NCBI GenBank assembly: GCA_000320545.1
Contig: ADNK01000104.1
Span: 1-64,000, forward strand
Source: Bigelowiella natans CCMP2755
Taxonomy: Eukaryota; Protista; Cercozoa
Direction: 5' to 3'
Length of the DNA stretch: 64,000 nucleotides
Part shown: in pieces, positions 1 through 21,846 of the stretch
Layout of the letters: every line of letters begins with the position of its first letter
How positions within the stretch are numbered: position 1 is the first letter of the stretch
Program-made: the position numbers and the translations under genes
The notes under the pieces: model-generated
Database searches by the model: none
The model's input: the letters and a program-made list of their open reading frames with translations, nothing else
What the model was told of the DNA's origin: nothing

Positions 1-45
1 GTGGGTGGTGGAGGGGGAGGGAGGGAAGGGATGTGATGAGCGACC

Positions 46-921
46 GTTTTGATCCAGCCCTCAAGTATCTTTGCTGGGGTGTTGACGATGGGGTCACCCT
101 CCACGTTGCGGGCATGAAACAGAAGTCCTTCAAAGGGAAAATGTGCAGGGGCGGAGGGGGGTTGGGGAGGAGGGTCGGGGCCCATAACTGGTTAGAATTC
201 CAGCTTGCAAACGAGGCAAATAAGGTGTTGGTAAATAAAGCGCCAGGGTGTGGTGGCCCCCTTCTTCCCCATCGCTACCAACAAAGAGCAAGTACACGAA
301 AATCAAAGGCGAACCAAATGGATCGAGCGTTGTAATCTCGAGCGGTTGCTGAGGCACGTAGACAAGGGTGTCGGTCACCAGTAAGCTCCTAAAACCGAAG
401 CGACACGCCAGGGGAGAGGGGGGAGGGGATCAAGGGGAACATCGTGTGTGAGCAAGTGTCACGCCGAACAAAAGACGACTCGTAATGCTGCTATCTTTTG
501 AGAGGAGGAGAAGAAGGAGGAGGAGGAGAATACATACCCCGTCGAGTGATGATATAAGGCTGTTTCTGCGAACTGTGAGGGGCTGAGACCGGAATTTAGC
601 GAGAATGGGCCCTGCACACACATGTGCATTGGATGCTGCTTCTGCTACTACTACTACTACTACTACTCCTATTACTCCTACTACTATCACTTCCAAGCGT
701 ATTGGGAGCAGCTCTATCCTCAGCATAATCGTCCCCATCTGGGCACGCAGCACAATAGCTTGCGTGCGCTCCACCCCCACCCGCCCCCCTCCTCCACTTG
801 TTGCCTACCAATGTGATGGCTGTGACATCGTCATCGTCCGGAAAGTCTCCTGTTAGGGTAATAAGCGGAAATAGCCAATTAAACCATAATCGCTCGGGGG
901 ATCTTTGGACGGTAGCAGTAG

Positions 922-953
<32 letters not shown>

Positions 954-2817
954 TGCGTATATATATATATATATATATATATAAACTCTTTTTGCATAAT
1001 ACTTTATATGTGTACATACCTACGACATTAAATGGACATTGATATGTCTACTCGACAAGTAAGCGTATTGATTGTTGGTTCGTGTGGGGTATGATGGTTA
1101 TATCATGCTCCTTCTGCTGCCTCCTCCCTAGTGTTGTAGTTGTGTAGATTTCTTCTTACCCTCGCCATCCTTCTGTCCTTCTAACGTATGCACGCGACGA
1201 CCGAGCCCTATGTAATCGATGAAGGTATGGGGGGAAACAGAGGACACCAGGCCGTCGAGAAATGGAATGATTATGAGCATCATCATCATCATCATTATCA
1301 TCATCATCATCATCACCGTCATTCATTTCGTCGTTGTCATCGTCATCATCACTATCATTATCTTCCTCCTTCTCCTCCTCCTCCTCCCATAGTGATTGGT
1401 ATTGTTCGACCTAATCCAAGGAAGGAGAGAGGGAGAGGGACTGGCCACGACCATTGGCCAGGAGATACCCACACTTCGCTGTTTGGAAATCTATCATGGT
1501 GAAAGATGGAGAAGAGGAATAAGAATGTGGGGTTTCTATTTACCCTCCATTACCCCTTCCCCCTGCCCTTCCCATACGCCTTTTTCATCCTCCTCCTCCT
1601 CTTCCTTTTATAGCTAGAAATCCATGACGCACCTGCGAGCAAACGGGCCGAGAAATATCTTATGTTCCACTGCCTGATGATGATGATGGTGATGATGATA
1701 ATGATAATGGTGATGAGAAGGATGCTGCTGCTTTTGGGTCATTCCATCTCCCTATCACCACCTGTGTTGGAAGTACGATATGCCTCACATTGCCGTGTTT
1801 CTGCTCTAGGTCCCTTATCATCGCTGCAAAGAGAGTGGGGATCGGATGAGAAGGAGATAGATGCAGTGGAGGAGAGGGAAATGGAAGATTCGGGATTGCC
1901 CATTATCATACTCTTTGCCTTAATCACCAGAGACGCACTCATTGTCACCACCAAAACCATCATCATCATCGGTTGTTTTGTTGTAGTTTAGTTCAGAAGA
2001 TGAAGAAGGGTGAAATGAGGCTGACGGAAAAAAGTGATCATGATGATGATAATGATGATGATGATTATGATGATGGTGTTTGTTTTTAAGTCACCGATAG
2101 CCTCTTCTGTAGGAGCAATCGGGGCATAAACAAGAAGGCCTCCTTTCTAAGAGTACAGCCGTTTAGCGCATGTTCTATTAATGGTGCTGAATATTATAAG
2201 CTGCCCTTATGTCCCTCCCCTCTTCCTTGAAGCTACTACCTCTAGCCTCAATATTGTCATCCGAACGTTAACCAAGATGTTGATGGCTCCCTGCAAGTTG
2301 TGTCAGCTGTTGCTTTTTGCCATGATTACTGTGGCGTTGGGATGCAAATCGTTGTGGTTTCGTGGTTGCACATTATCAGAGAATATGCTCTTCGTGCATT
2401 TTCAGTGCAGAAATGTCATGATCATGAGGATGACAAACGTAGCTAGCAACACTGCACTGATAATGGTTATATGAACGAACCTGAAGCTGGTCGAAGACCC
2501 ATACTTTTCCCGCAACTACCTCCTTCATCGTCTACATTTATTTATAGTCGCACAATAACAACAATCGCCACAGATAGGGACGTTTTTTTGCTTTCAAGAT
2601 ATGAGAATAGACACTAGGTAGCGCTCGCTAAAATTTAGGTGAGATGAGAAAGAGGAAGAGGGAGAGGGCGGGGCCGAGAAGTAGGAGAATGGGAGTGTAT
2701 ATGTATCTATTGGAAGTGTACTTAAGTTATTTATTCTCTATCCTTCCCCCTTTCCCTCTCTCTCTTACTCTCTTACTCTCTATCTAACAATATTTTATAC
2801 GTATATTTATATATATA

Positions 2818-2856
<39 letters not shown>

Positions 2857-3004
2857 CACGTATGGTGGTGGTTGTTGTCGTACGGTTGGCCTGAATTCTC
2901 CTGGCTGAATGGGCAGCACAAACCACCTTCATACGCAAATATATGTATATATTTGAGATCAACCATCGAGTAGCTATATTCATATATATGATATGATATG
3001 ATCT

Positions 3005-3050
<46 letters not shown>

Positions 3051-3707
3051 CACACACATATAATGATATTTTTACTACCAAGGCCATCGTGTCGTCTGAT
3101 CAGTTGGTTTTGGTCCCGCAACAGCTCTCGCTTCCTGCAAACGAGGAGTAACGAATAAGAAAATAGAGCATTTGCTATAATTGCTATGAACGTAGTACAT
3201 AGAGGAGAATGCCAATAGCTATAGTAGACAGACCTTTTCCGCTTGGCCCTGCGCTGCCGCGCCTCCGAGCAAATCACTTAAGTACTCTTTTAATCTGAGA
3301 TCACAGCAACCGAAGCATAAATTTATGGTTTATGATAGCTGGTCGGCTAAAGACAAGCTCGTGATGAATCGCTAATTAAACATTCGTCAATATCAGAATA
3401 GTAACCCAAAAGGCTTCTCCCTCTCCTCCGGTGCGCTGTCATCTCTGGAGCGCTGCGAAATCCGCTGGTGCAAATTTTGCACATTCATACGCCTGTTTTG
3501 AGTTCGAACTTTAGGTCAGTGCATGAAGCCGTGGTGGCAATTCCCCTACCTCATGAAACGACGGCCAGCATTGGAGTTTCCATTCTCCCGGAGAGCGTGT
3601 TGGGTTCGCTGGGGTTGTATCATCCCACGTCGAGCATCCCTAATGCCCCTACTACCGCCCACCTGGAAAAGGAGGACGGCCACCAGCACCGAGGCCACAG
3701 CAATCAT
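46..3707 (-). CDS. DUF4336-family protein (metallo-beta-lactamase-like fold), multi-exon, probably plastid-targeted; 3' end runs off the window start
   Basis: Spliced minus-strand exons give RWPW|WFVLPIQPGEFRPTVR|KEVVAGKVWVFDQLQ|VNVRMTILRLE|KGGLLVYAPIAPTEEAI|KHGNVRHIVLPT|EHKIFLGPFAR|RFPNSEVWVSPGQWSWP|LLVTDTLVYVPQQP|GLLFHARN. This matches the cyanobacterial/algal DUF4336 motif order. The N-terminus MIAVASVLVAVLLFQ followed by an R/S-rich stretch resembles a signal plus transit peptide. Start codon uncertain. Confidence 0.8.
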
Positions 3708-4935
3708 TGCAACGACCTGCCTACCTTCTTCAGAACAATGCTCGAAGAGAACAATGAATGCTCGAGGCAACGATGGAGACGAAGGATATGAGATTTCAGC
3801 GTTCTTCTTGCGCTTTCCATTTTCCCCCTGCGACGTGAAATGTGGGGTGTCGCCTGGCGCAATCGGGAAAGGTCGGGGAACATTGGGAAATATCAAATTC
3901 GCACTTCGCGAAGGGATTTGTTGGAGTGGTTTGGGCGCTTTTGAGATAGTGCAGATGCCGATTTTTTCCCAAAAACTACGAGAAAAGTCTACTTAGTCGT
4001 TCCGGGTCTTTTAGATCCAGTTTTGTCGTAAAAGGGTAAATGTTCTATGTTATGTGCTTTGCGACGGCTGATATACTGCGTCGCGAAGCAAAAATTCTAT
4101 GAGCACAACGGCCCTTCCAAAAAATTCCGCACGGTTAATAAAGGTACATTTGTACACGTTGTGGAAGGTCGTGTAGTATTAAATTCACCTAGTGATGTGT
4201 ACTTTTCAGATATTAACAGGCGCACTATTCTTTACAGAGAACGGGAGATTTTAATTCAACTAGATCAATTTAAATATTTTACATTGTCGTCACACGTAAA
4301 AGGGGACAGATTCCAAACAAATTACATCCCTGATCTGAAACTTGAGAGCTTACATATGTACACCTACGCGATTTCAGCGAAACTAGATCAAAAAGCGAGA
4401 AATGGACACTGTGAACCGGAATTTTTTTCTATTAATGCTATTTTCTGCATTTACGTTACCGATGAAAAACTCTATTTCATAATATCGAAGGTATTTTCAT
4501 ATAATATCGGACAAACATGTGAGAAAGGCTAATAAAACCACCTTGTCCAGTCATGTGAAAAAGGTTCTGAGAAAATCTGACAAATAATGTTAATTTTTTT
4601 CAGTTAGTGGTGCTACAAGTATGTGGAACTTATCAGTAAAACAGATTGAAATTTTGAATACGATATAGCGTAAAAGATTGTCGTTGATAATTCTCCCCAA
4701 TGTATAAGACTAGTTGGATCTGAATAAACAGTGAAAATAAAGAGAGGATTGCCCTTAAGGAAAGAGAAGGTGGCAAAGCATAGTGCTGTAAAGAGACGAG
4801 AAGGCTAGAGCTAACCACCCCCCAAATTCTCGCCTTTGGATTCAACTTTATCTGGATTTCCGCAACGTTCTCCCACGCGCGAAGGGCTTGGGAATGAGCA
4901 GAACTAAAGTTAGTAGCGGTGGGAATTTCCCCCCG

Positions 4936-10548
<5,613 letters not shown>

Positions 10549-11199
10549 CAAGGGATGAACAATACTGCTACTTACCTCTTTGAATCTTTGGAGGAGGGGG
10601 GAGAGCAGCAATACCAGCGGCAGGCAGAACAAGAAGAGGAAGTATGTTGTATGTAAATACTATGACTGAGGAGGAGCAAAAGATAACCAACACTACCACT
10701 ACCGCTAACCCCATATAACAGACCGAAAAGCCCCAATCACTACACTAGCCATCAGCACCCACAATGTCACTCGTTCTTCTCTTCCGCTCTCGAGTGCGGG
10801 TCAAAACATACACATATATCACACACGTCGTCGTCTTGCCTATGCTGCTGAAGCAACCACGACTTACGACCGTTACATCATAATAGTTCGTTACCCAGTT
10901 TGAATGAATAAATATAGTACGACGAGGCTCAGCTCATCATCTCGTGGCGATTAATGACGACTCAAATAAGAACAACTTGCCTCTTACCAGAGATACGACA
11001 CTTCGCACTACGCGGATCGGAGAAGTGCATTTATTAGGAATAACATTCTGGCGAGAAGGGGAGGAGAAAAAGTGTGTTGGGTGGCAAGCCTCTCCCCTTT
11101 GTTTCTTGCACAGACTGTCATCACTCCATCATCAACGCATCAACGTGCGCAATAAACCACGAAGACCCACGTTAGATGGTCATCATCATCATCTTGTTC

Positions 11200-12300
11200 T
11201 GGCATGTGCTGCTTATTTTATGCATGTGACATGCATACTGTCATAGTACACGTAGCATGTCGCACGCGTGCCATGCACAATGCTAGCTAGCTAGAGTGCA
11301 GCACTAACAACGCTCACTAACCCTAATGTTGGTTTGGCATAAGCAGTGCTAGAGTGAAGTGTGTGCGTGCGCGCTAGCTAGATGGCTGATGCATACTTTG
11401 TCGAGTGCTAGAGTGCATTGCACAGCTTTCGTTATCATTGCAATGTGAGTGCATGATGCATGCTAGCATGCATGCATTTCATATTGCAGCACCTAGGCAC
11501 GTCAAACCTGTACGCATTGTCCAGTGCCGCATACCATTGTATCCACAATGGACAATGTAATGAGGTGCATGTATCACGCGACGCTGCGCATGCGACACGG
11601 CATCCACTCTAGCACTGCTGTCCAGGGCATTTGTGTGCTCAGAGAAAAGGAGGCTCGCACGAACATTTATGAACACGTGGTCCCATGTGTGGTTGTCTAG
11701 TCATGCTAGCACAAGTGCCCGCACAAGCAAAAATTACATACGTGCTGCTCATCATGCCAGCTAGCATGCTGCTGTCATCCACGTCACGTCAGTCACGATC
11801 AGTACACACGTAATAACGTTCCCAGGCGCCCTTACTAGCTTAGCAGCATGAGCATGTCGAATGATAGACAATGTAATATAATATATTACGCTGTACACAT
11901 ATTCTATTACATGATAGACATGTAATACCATATATATTTATATATATGATATTACTGTGTCTATTACATGATAGACATGTAGTACCATATATATTCTATA
12001 TATGATATTACTGTGTCTATTATTTACTGTGTCTATATGATTCGATTGATGTACCAACCAAAGTTGCACCTGTCAAAATCCAGCTACTGTGCAAACATGC
12101 CATGCATATAGAAGCGAGAGTGTTGTGTCGATTGACAGCTCATCGCTGCATTGCTTTGCTCACTCAAACGCTTGTTGGTGACATCACCACCGTGCCATTC
12201 ATTAGGCACAGATTGCCATGCTACACTACCGCAGCCTGCACAGCATGCAACACACACTCTTTGCATGCCATAGTCCCGTGTACCTTTTCTACGAGCAATG
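11200..12300. repeat. TpA-poor, TG/CA- and CTAG-rich intergenic island (degenerate repeat) containing an AT-rich tandem repeat
   Basis: Dense catg/tgca/ctag words such as tgctagctagctagag at 11281. Lies between convergent genes. No credible ORF. Confidence 0.5.
11903..12037. repeat. ~57-bp tandem repeat, 2 full copies plus partial copies
   Basis: The unit tctattacatgatagacatgta(a/g)taccatatatatt...tatgatattactgtg starts at 11903 and at 11960. Confidence 0.85.
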
Positions 12301-12586
12301 TCGGGCGAAATATCGTCTACATCTGAATCTAAGTTACTGCCTTGGTGTAAAATTTAATTTTGGAGCCTCATCTGATTTTATTTACAAAATAATCAGACTG
12401 TCAACCAGGAAATATCAATCGATGAATGTTTATCAGATAAGATTCTGTTACTATTACCACTGCATTGGAATGATAAAATTACTCTTTGTATGCTACGTAT
12501 GTGCTCTTATGGTACTATGCATCAAGCACAAGAAGAGCATCCCCATTATTTCCATGTAGCCCTTTTTATCTTCTGTAATGCTACAT

Positions 12587-14355
12587 CTAACTCATCACAG
12601 CTACAAATACAGCACGACTACCACCACCACCACTGATACCAACAACAAGACAACAAGATCGGAGAAAACGGTCCTGACCGGGCTGAATGGTCAGGTCAAA
12701 TATGTACCCAACATCGGAGAGGCTGCGCACTTCCTTCCCTGCAGCTGCCGTTGAGTTATCGATCTCTATCTTCCAATCTTTAACCAATTGCGTCAAAATA
12801 GCCTGAACTTCAAAGGCTGCGACACGATATCCAGGGCATTTGCGTGCTCCCTGAGAAAAGGGAGCTCGCATGAACACGTGATCAATCAGATGCGACGGGC
12901 TCCCCTCCCTCTCCTTCACAGATTCTGGTAAGAAACGCTCCGGTTGGAATTCATGCGGATTATCGACATATTCGGGATCATTCTGCAGAGGATATGTTAT
13001 CAGGGAAGTGACGCTTCCGCGGGGGATAACGTGCCCGCCTACCACAACGTCGCTCGCCACTTTTTTGAACGCTGCATTTACCAAGGGTGGACGGATTCGA
13101 TGCGTCTCGCGAATGACGGCATCTAGATAGCCTATACCTTGTCCAGTTAGGATGTCCCTCTCGGATAGTCCCTGTTTTTCACCATCGCCATAAGCAGATA
13201 CGATTTCACTATGGAGACGTTCTTGTACGCGAGGATTTAGGGCGAGGTTTATGACGTTCCAATTGATGAGCGAGCTTGTCGTATCAGTTGACGCAGCGAG
13301 AAGGCTAAGCATCAGCTGCTTGATGTCCTCCTCGGACACAGTGCTTTTATATTCCGCAGATCTCATGAAGGAGAGCGTGGCGGACAAATATGAGTCTCGC
13401 TCAACGTCCTCGATGCAGCCGTCATTGTAACGCCTCACAAATTCATCCACCACCCTATCACTATATGCGAACAATTGATCCAACGCATCGTAATAATCAT
13501 GTAGTCTTACTGTCTGATAGCCTATTCTATGAAGGAATATTTCCCTTGGGGGGTAGATTATATCGCGTATGATTTGGCCAGCTTTTATGGCCACCTCGCA
13601 AAACTGCACGTCTCTTACATCGGGATTGGAAGACGGGTCTGCGATTCCCATCGGCTTTCCATAAAAAGCGGAGCAGAACATGTCGAACGACGTCCTGGCG
13701 GAGAAGCCATTTAAGTCGTTTCTGAAAAGAGGTGCCCCTTTGCTTGCAACTTTTGCCGCCGACATGATGTTTGACGCGTATTTTTCTGGAGCGATGGAAG
13801 GAGCGAAGAGGTTCTTCTGCATGACTGAACGGAGTCTTTTCCAATTTTCACCGTGCGAAAAGAAATCGGTTAATGCTCTCTTATCCCTGTCTCGAAACCA
13901 CGCTTTGAGGGGCCACATTACCTACAGGGTATCAGTGGAAAACGAAAAACTGTATGGCATTTGGGCTATCATACTCCGTTGCGGGAAATTACCTCTATAC
14001 TCCCTGATGGATACCGTCCTTCGTTTTGAATAATTTTGAGATACTCCTTCGGATTGATGACATGGTAAATCGTGCCAGCTAGACCAGTTCCCATGCCAGG
14101 GATATTGGAGATGAAGACATCACTTCCTTCAGGCTTGCAGAGCTCGTTGTAGTTGTCTAAGTAAATCTGGAACTGATTCCTTCTCGGATCCCCATACCTC
14201 TTCTTGTAGTAAGGCATTGACCCGAAGACAAGGTGCCTGGGCACAGAGGGGATTGCTTTGGATGATGACGATGAGAGGAATGGAAGGAACGACGTCATTG
14301 AATGATGCCCACCTCTCACTTCCGAATGCCAAAACCAGTCAAAAGTCATGTGCAT
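12587..14355 (-). CDS. Cytochrome P450 (mitochondrial-clan-like); termini uncertain
   Basis: WxxxR (ENWKRLR), I-helix LLAASTDTTSS, ExxR (RETHR), PERF, and heme motif PFSQGARKCPG. A 71-nt GT-AG intron at 13922-13992 joins YPSGSIE|VMWPLK. The last ~30 codons of the ORF are probably intron. Confidence 0.93.
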
Positions 14356-14949
14356 CTTCTACTTGCGACAGGCCATTTCCGGAAGTCGTAGACCAAAAAA
14401 TGGGGAGATATTTCGGACACTTTTGGCTCCGATGTCGGGAGCTGGGCGTGGAAACTCATTGTCGCAGAGGATGTTCACCCTTGCTTTCCCATTGTTTGAT
14501 GACACCGAGACTCGTCGACGGTGGCCAGAATCGGGAAAGGCAAGAATTAATCCAATGACAATCCCGTCCAACTCGAACGTCTTCACCCAGGCGTGTCGGG
14601 GAACAAGAATGATTACATTCAAAAATATATGTACATGAAGAGGCAACACATCATGTTCAATCTGGTTTGAAGTGTTCAGCCAAGTGCCGACGGAGACAGG
14701 GGGGCGGTGGATTCTTGGCGGCGGGGATTGGTGAGGGTAGCAGACACTACAGTATGTAGTCCCTACCGAGGGATGGGGTCCCTGGCAAGGGTAGGTTGTG
14801 AGAGTGTCTGTGTGATTTGATGTTGCACGACGGTCATGGCAAGTTATGGATTGATACGGGTCGGATTCCCGATTGGACTGGATAAGGACATTTTTCGGTT
14901 AAGACAGCTTATTTTGGTTGTCGCAGGCACCAGATCGGACAGAGAAGGA

Positions 14950-15400
14950 ACGCTCCTTGAGCGCTCTCGGAAGCACGTCGGGATGGCGCTCAATGCTGCA
15001 GGTGGAGGCCAACCTAACCCACCACCTGCCCCCCATCTACGCCTTTATGTTTTGATGTATTGGTGTGGATACGAGCAGGCGAATGGTCACATCCCTTAGT
15101 GTTGTTCCCGGCAGTGCTCGGTGGTGCCAGTTCAATGTTTTGGATGCCAGATAACGTCTGATTTGAAACGATTTTGTCTTTGGCAATAAGTTGCGATGGA
15201 CGTGGCGGGAGTGGTCTGGGTTGAATCTGTCCACGCTGCGGAAAATTATGATTCTGGAGTTGGTGAGATCATCGCCATGAGTCGCTTGTAGACCTCATTA
15301 ACTGACAAGTATGTTTTTTCGGGTTGAGAAGTCCTCACGCTAGGATGGGCTCTTCTGGCCATCGGTGAGTAGTGTAGAGTTTCTTCTCCATTCCTACAGA
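14950..15400 (-). mobile_element. Possible decayed non-LTR (L1/Tx1-like) ORF2 C-terminal remnant
   Basis: Broken frames LSVNEVYKRL...W...LLPKTKSFQIRRYL...C..H loosely follow the zf-RVT region pattern. Stops and frameshifts are present. Confidence 0.25.
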
Positions 15401-16189
15401 CTTATACGTTCCTCACTAAATGTTTAAAGGTGTAGTCTTCTCGGTCGCCTTTACAATTTTCCTATCCAGCCTGTACATATTCGGTGAGAAACCAAACCGT
15501 TCTCCACGACAAATCATTGAGCCTTTGCCATGAATAATGGCCTGACGTTTAAGGTTTGATTCATCTATCTGTCTCCCCAAACAAAAGGCTCCCCTTGTGT
15601 AAGAGAAGAGGGACCTCTTGGTCCTGCAAAGCAGTACGGGGAAGATAACAAACATAGAGGCCAAACGAGAGCCTTAGCCAATGGAAAATCCAAATACATA
15701 CTTAACGAACCATTCAAGGCTGACGTTCTTAGGTTTTACCTTAACCTCTTCTAAGACAACAATCCTTTCAAAAATAGCTTCTTTTCTTCCACGATCAGAC
15801 TAAATTCCGTCGATAAAAAAGAGGGGGGGCCACCCTTAGGTCGCTATTGCTTTAGATAAACCCTGAATCTCTGTTGATCGTACACGTCCTCATGATTTAT
15901 GGATATCTGTTGCTCTATTTAGGATCAATAGCGATGGCTATTGCTCCGGGGAGAAAAAGAGGAAGACATCAAAGGGTATTTGTACTGTCTTAGTGCAGCC
16001 CGCATGCGAAATCACTGAGACAGGCATTCTCATTTTACGTTCTGGCAGTTCAATGAAAGAGGCTACTCCAAATATTTCATATCCCCCTCTCTCCGCCCCC
16101 CACCAATTCTTTCTGTTTGCAAATGTTTTGTACCAGGATCTACAGGAGGATCTGAAGCGAATAAAGAGCTCACTTAATATTGACATGGT

Positions 16190-16227
<38 letters not shown>

Positions 16228-18502
16228 GCCACGCATGCTGCTCCAGATGCGTCGTTCAGTCTCTTTCTCCTGACATGGGGGGATTTCGTCACAGTTATAT
16301 ATATTTTCTAAAATAAACTTCCAGGTGGTGACCTTGCTCACGCACCATGAAATGCAAGTCATGGAGTGTGCAGGTCGTTGAATCTAATGGTGGACGCTCG
16401 CGATGATTATGATGATGATGATGATGATGAACACAAGCAATTTCCAAGATATGCAACAACGATGCTTTTACTCAGATATGGGGGTCCGGTTGGAACGCTT
16501 AGGGATGCGATGGATACACTTCCCCGTGAGAATAACCCCGAAAATGCTTACCAAACTTCAAATTTTCTTTTTTAAAAGTTGAGGCCTGTGGTGCTCGGCC
16601 TTTTCTGTCTCGCAGTATACCTCTCTCGCTGGGCATATCTTTTTAGTACTGATGACGCTCTTGCGGTTCAAATTATCTAAACGCAAATGCTGTCTGTGTT
16701 ACATAAGATTCGTGATAAATGGGTGCCTCTACCAGGACAGACGAAGGCATTCCTCAACGACCTGGTGAAACCAGAATTCTTTAAATTATATTTGCCAGTA
16801 AACTAAATAGAGCCCCGTATAATATATATTCTAAGAGTGCTCATTATCATCATCTTGCTCGTTTCCTCTTTTCTTCGGCTTGCATTGCTCTAAGATCGTG
16901 CCTATAGCCGAATCTCTGTGCGAAGGCAAACGGGTATTAGCTCCAGCACTAAATGCAGGCATGCACAGAGCAGAGTAGCAGTAGTAACAGCAGAAAATAC
17001 ACACTAATTTGACCAGGATCAAAGCTGACTTGTATGGTTGTATGATAAAGTCACGGATATCATTGACGCAGTTTCGTAATCTTTACTACACAACGCTTAT
17101 ACCCATAGATTCTCGTGCATTGTAATGGTGGAAAGGGGCGCACAGGAACGGTGGTGGCTGCAACACTAGGTGTGTTTAGTGGTGAAGCTAAAGGGGATTT
17201 TGAGTGTCTTTCATTCATGCCATAAAACCCGTTTCCATGTGGACTTTGTTGGCCAATCCAATGATATGTTTAATCTGCGTTCTGTACCTTTCTTTACGTA
17301 TTATCGAAGCATCAAATATTGTCCGAGCGCATACGAAATGGCCCGATGAAGAGCATGGAGGCACAGTAGCAGCAGGTTCGGTCAGGATTGCTCAGTACCT
17401 CTCTCCCTCTCGATTGGATTTTTGCCCGGATAGAGACCGTGGCTATTACTAATGTGGTTTTCAACTTTTCAGAGTCTTTAGGATGTCTGTCCGGGACTTT
17501 TCTTAAAGACGCTATTGCGCGAATGAGAAAGGCGAGACCAGGAATGGTAGATGAGTCTTCTGGAAGATTCAGAAATGATAGAGAATAGAAAGGAATACTA
17601 GCAGCAAAATTAGACACGGTTTTTGCCATGAATTAAATTTCTTGTAGCAGCGCAAGTAGATTTCGGTATTATTATATAGAATCATACTACATTGCCAAGG
17701 TATCACTGATACATTCATTTGTTTTTCAGTTGAAGAATCCCCTGCAGCAGCTCTATCTTCTCACACACATTTATAGACAAAGGTTCTAGTAAGGGCAGTC
17801 GATATGCCACCTGATCTCATCATCAATCTCACTGTGAGACTGTTATAGCATCGCACGCACATGCACCGCTTCGAGTTTATAGTTCTAGACCAATGAAACG
17901 ATTAATTGTGGGCCTTTAATTAACATTTTCATCACGATCTAAGTTTAATTGTATTTACTGCCTGTAAGAGAACACGTGCAGCCGTGATTAACATAATTTG
18001 TCACCATGAATATTGCTCGATCGCGCTGTAGACTGCATGCTGTATAGCGGTCAAGTTTGAAAACATAAATTGATGCACGAGCAATGGCACTGCGGATACT
18101 TTGTTGTCATGTACATCACAATCTATATATCCATTATACCATAGCGGTAGCAGATCTTGAGGTACATGTGTTTCTTGCAACCGTATCGTAGGCGCACAGT
18201 TGTGAAGCATTACACGCATAGCGTCTCGGCATCCATTTCTGCTCACTCACCGATCGTATATGGATAACGCTCTATTTAGCGCTTAATTTAATTGTGCATA
18301 TCTAGTAGACACATTAAAGTGGCACAAATACCACGCTCCTTCCACTACGATACGATGAGCACCGCAAGCCTGTCTCACTTTCATGCAATATGTTAAAGTT
18401 TATGTCGCTTTCATATCACCACCGGCGTGTTGCACAAACGCACATGCACTAGTGCACAGGAGCTGCAAAGGAGCGAGGCATTAGTTCTCATTCCGCCAGC
18501 TA

Positions 18503-20417
<1,915 letters not shown>

Positions 20418-20543
20418 TTTATTGCTGCGACAATGAAAATTGTTGTCGCAACTCCAAAATCCCTCTGGATCCCCCACGCTAACCCTGCCCCCAGAGCTTG
20501 CGGACGGGTGTCACCACCACCACCACCCACCACCACCACCACC

Positions 20544-21643
20544 ATGCAGCAGACCATGACGGGGTTTGAGAAGATGCTGCTCCGCAAGGGCATGCGCATC
20601 AACAAGAGGCTACCGATAAAGATCCACGATTGGAAGATCTTCCGGGGCGACCGGGTGCTAGTCCGCACAGGGCCGAGCAAGGGAGAGGTAGTAGCATTTA
20701 TTACGAAGGGAGAGGGTGGAAAAGAGTTTCATTCTAATCACGCCTTTCTTCGGGACCAATGAGAGGCAATTCTCACATGCTCCCTCTTCGTTTTTGGCCT
20801 TACCCCCCCCCCCCCCCCAAACATCCATGCTAAATCCACGAGTAGTAGCTTCCCCACAGGGGAACTGAAATCATCGTTTTCCTCTTGATGATGCTTCGAT
20901 TCCCTACACATTAAGAATCGTATGTATAAATATTATACACACACATGGATTGTTCACATAGACCGGTCGGGTCGTAGCGTGCGACAAGTACAAGAATCGT
21001 GTCGTCGTGGAGGGCGTCAACCTAAGGAGAAGGCTGCGGAATGGGAAGTTCGTGATGGCGGAGGACACAATACACTATTCAAACGTCAACCTACTGGACC
21101 CTGAGACGGGAAAACCGACGCGAGTGAAGTGGAGGTTCCTCGAGGATGGCGAAAAGGTGAGGATAGCTGTCAAGTCGGGGGCCATGATACCGATCCCTGA
21201 CCAGAAAGAATTCGACCCGCCCAAAAAACCTTTCAACGAGCAGAAGGATACTGGATTGGACCTCGCAATGAAAGACGTAAGATAATTTATGCCGATGGTG
21301 AATGTGCTTGTAGTGGTGGTGATAATGGGAAGGAAGAGGGTTAGAAAGTGACGCAGAGTAGCCAGGGAGAAGTCTCACAACATGACTTGAAGCGACAGCA
21401 CAGCAGTAGTAGTTTGTGATTTTCCCCTGCCCGTCCCTCTTCACTCTTTTCCGAGGATGCTTGTATACGGCATCATGTTATCTGGGTCCTTCCCACAGCT
21501 ACTTCATTATTACAACAGAGAGAAAATGATAACTATTTCCGCTATGTTGTTTGCAGACGTACACCGCTGCCAAGGAAGCAGCAGCAGCTGCCCAGGAAGA
21601 GGATGAAGTTGTCGTTGCGGAAGAGATAACGCCCAAGTCGTAG
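20544..21643 (+). CDS. MRPL24: Ribosomal protein uL24, most likely mitochondrial; 3 exons
   Basis: WKIFRGDRVLVRTGPSKGE|TGRVV...NRVVVEGVN (KOW motif)...IHYSNVNLLDPETGKPTRVKWRFLEDGEKVRIAVKSGAMIP. Last exon 21557-21643. Confidence 0.92.
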
Positions 21644-21791
21644 ATCTAGCTCCCTAGATTCGCATAGAGCATTGTAGCAGCCCACTCTACACCGTTGCGA
21701 CCGCGGATACTGACTTATCCAACATGTTTATATAATACAATGTGCTTGAATTTGCATACTGATTTGCAATACGATGCTGCATGCCTGCATA

Positions 21792-21846
<55 letters not shown>

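Noticed and set aside
430-3300. Many short ORFs with poly-H/M/Y, CVCV or YIYI runs (also throughout the window)
   Set aside because: They are translations of intronic microsatellites, not proteins.
4047-4532. 161-aa AT-rich ORF between divergent genes
   Set aside because: No recognisable motif or splice context; probably a chance ORF in promoter DNA.
11317-11326. Telomere-like ctaaccctaa
   Set aside because: Fewer than two full units; not significant.
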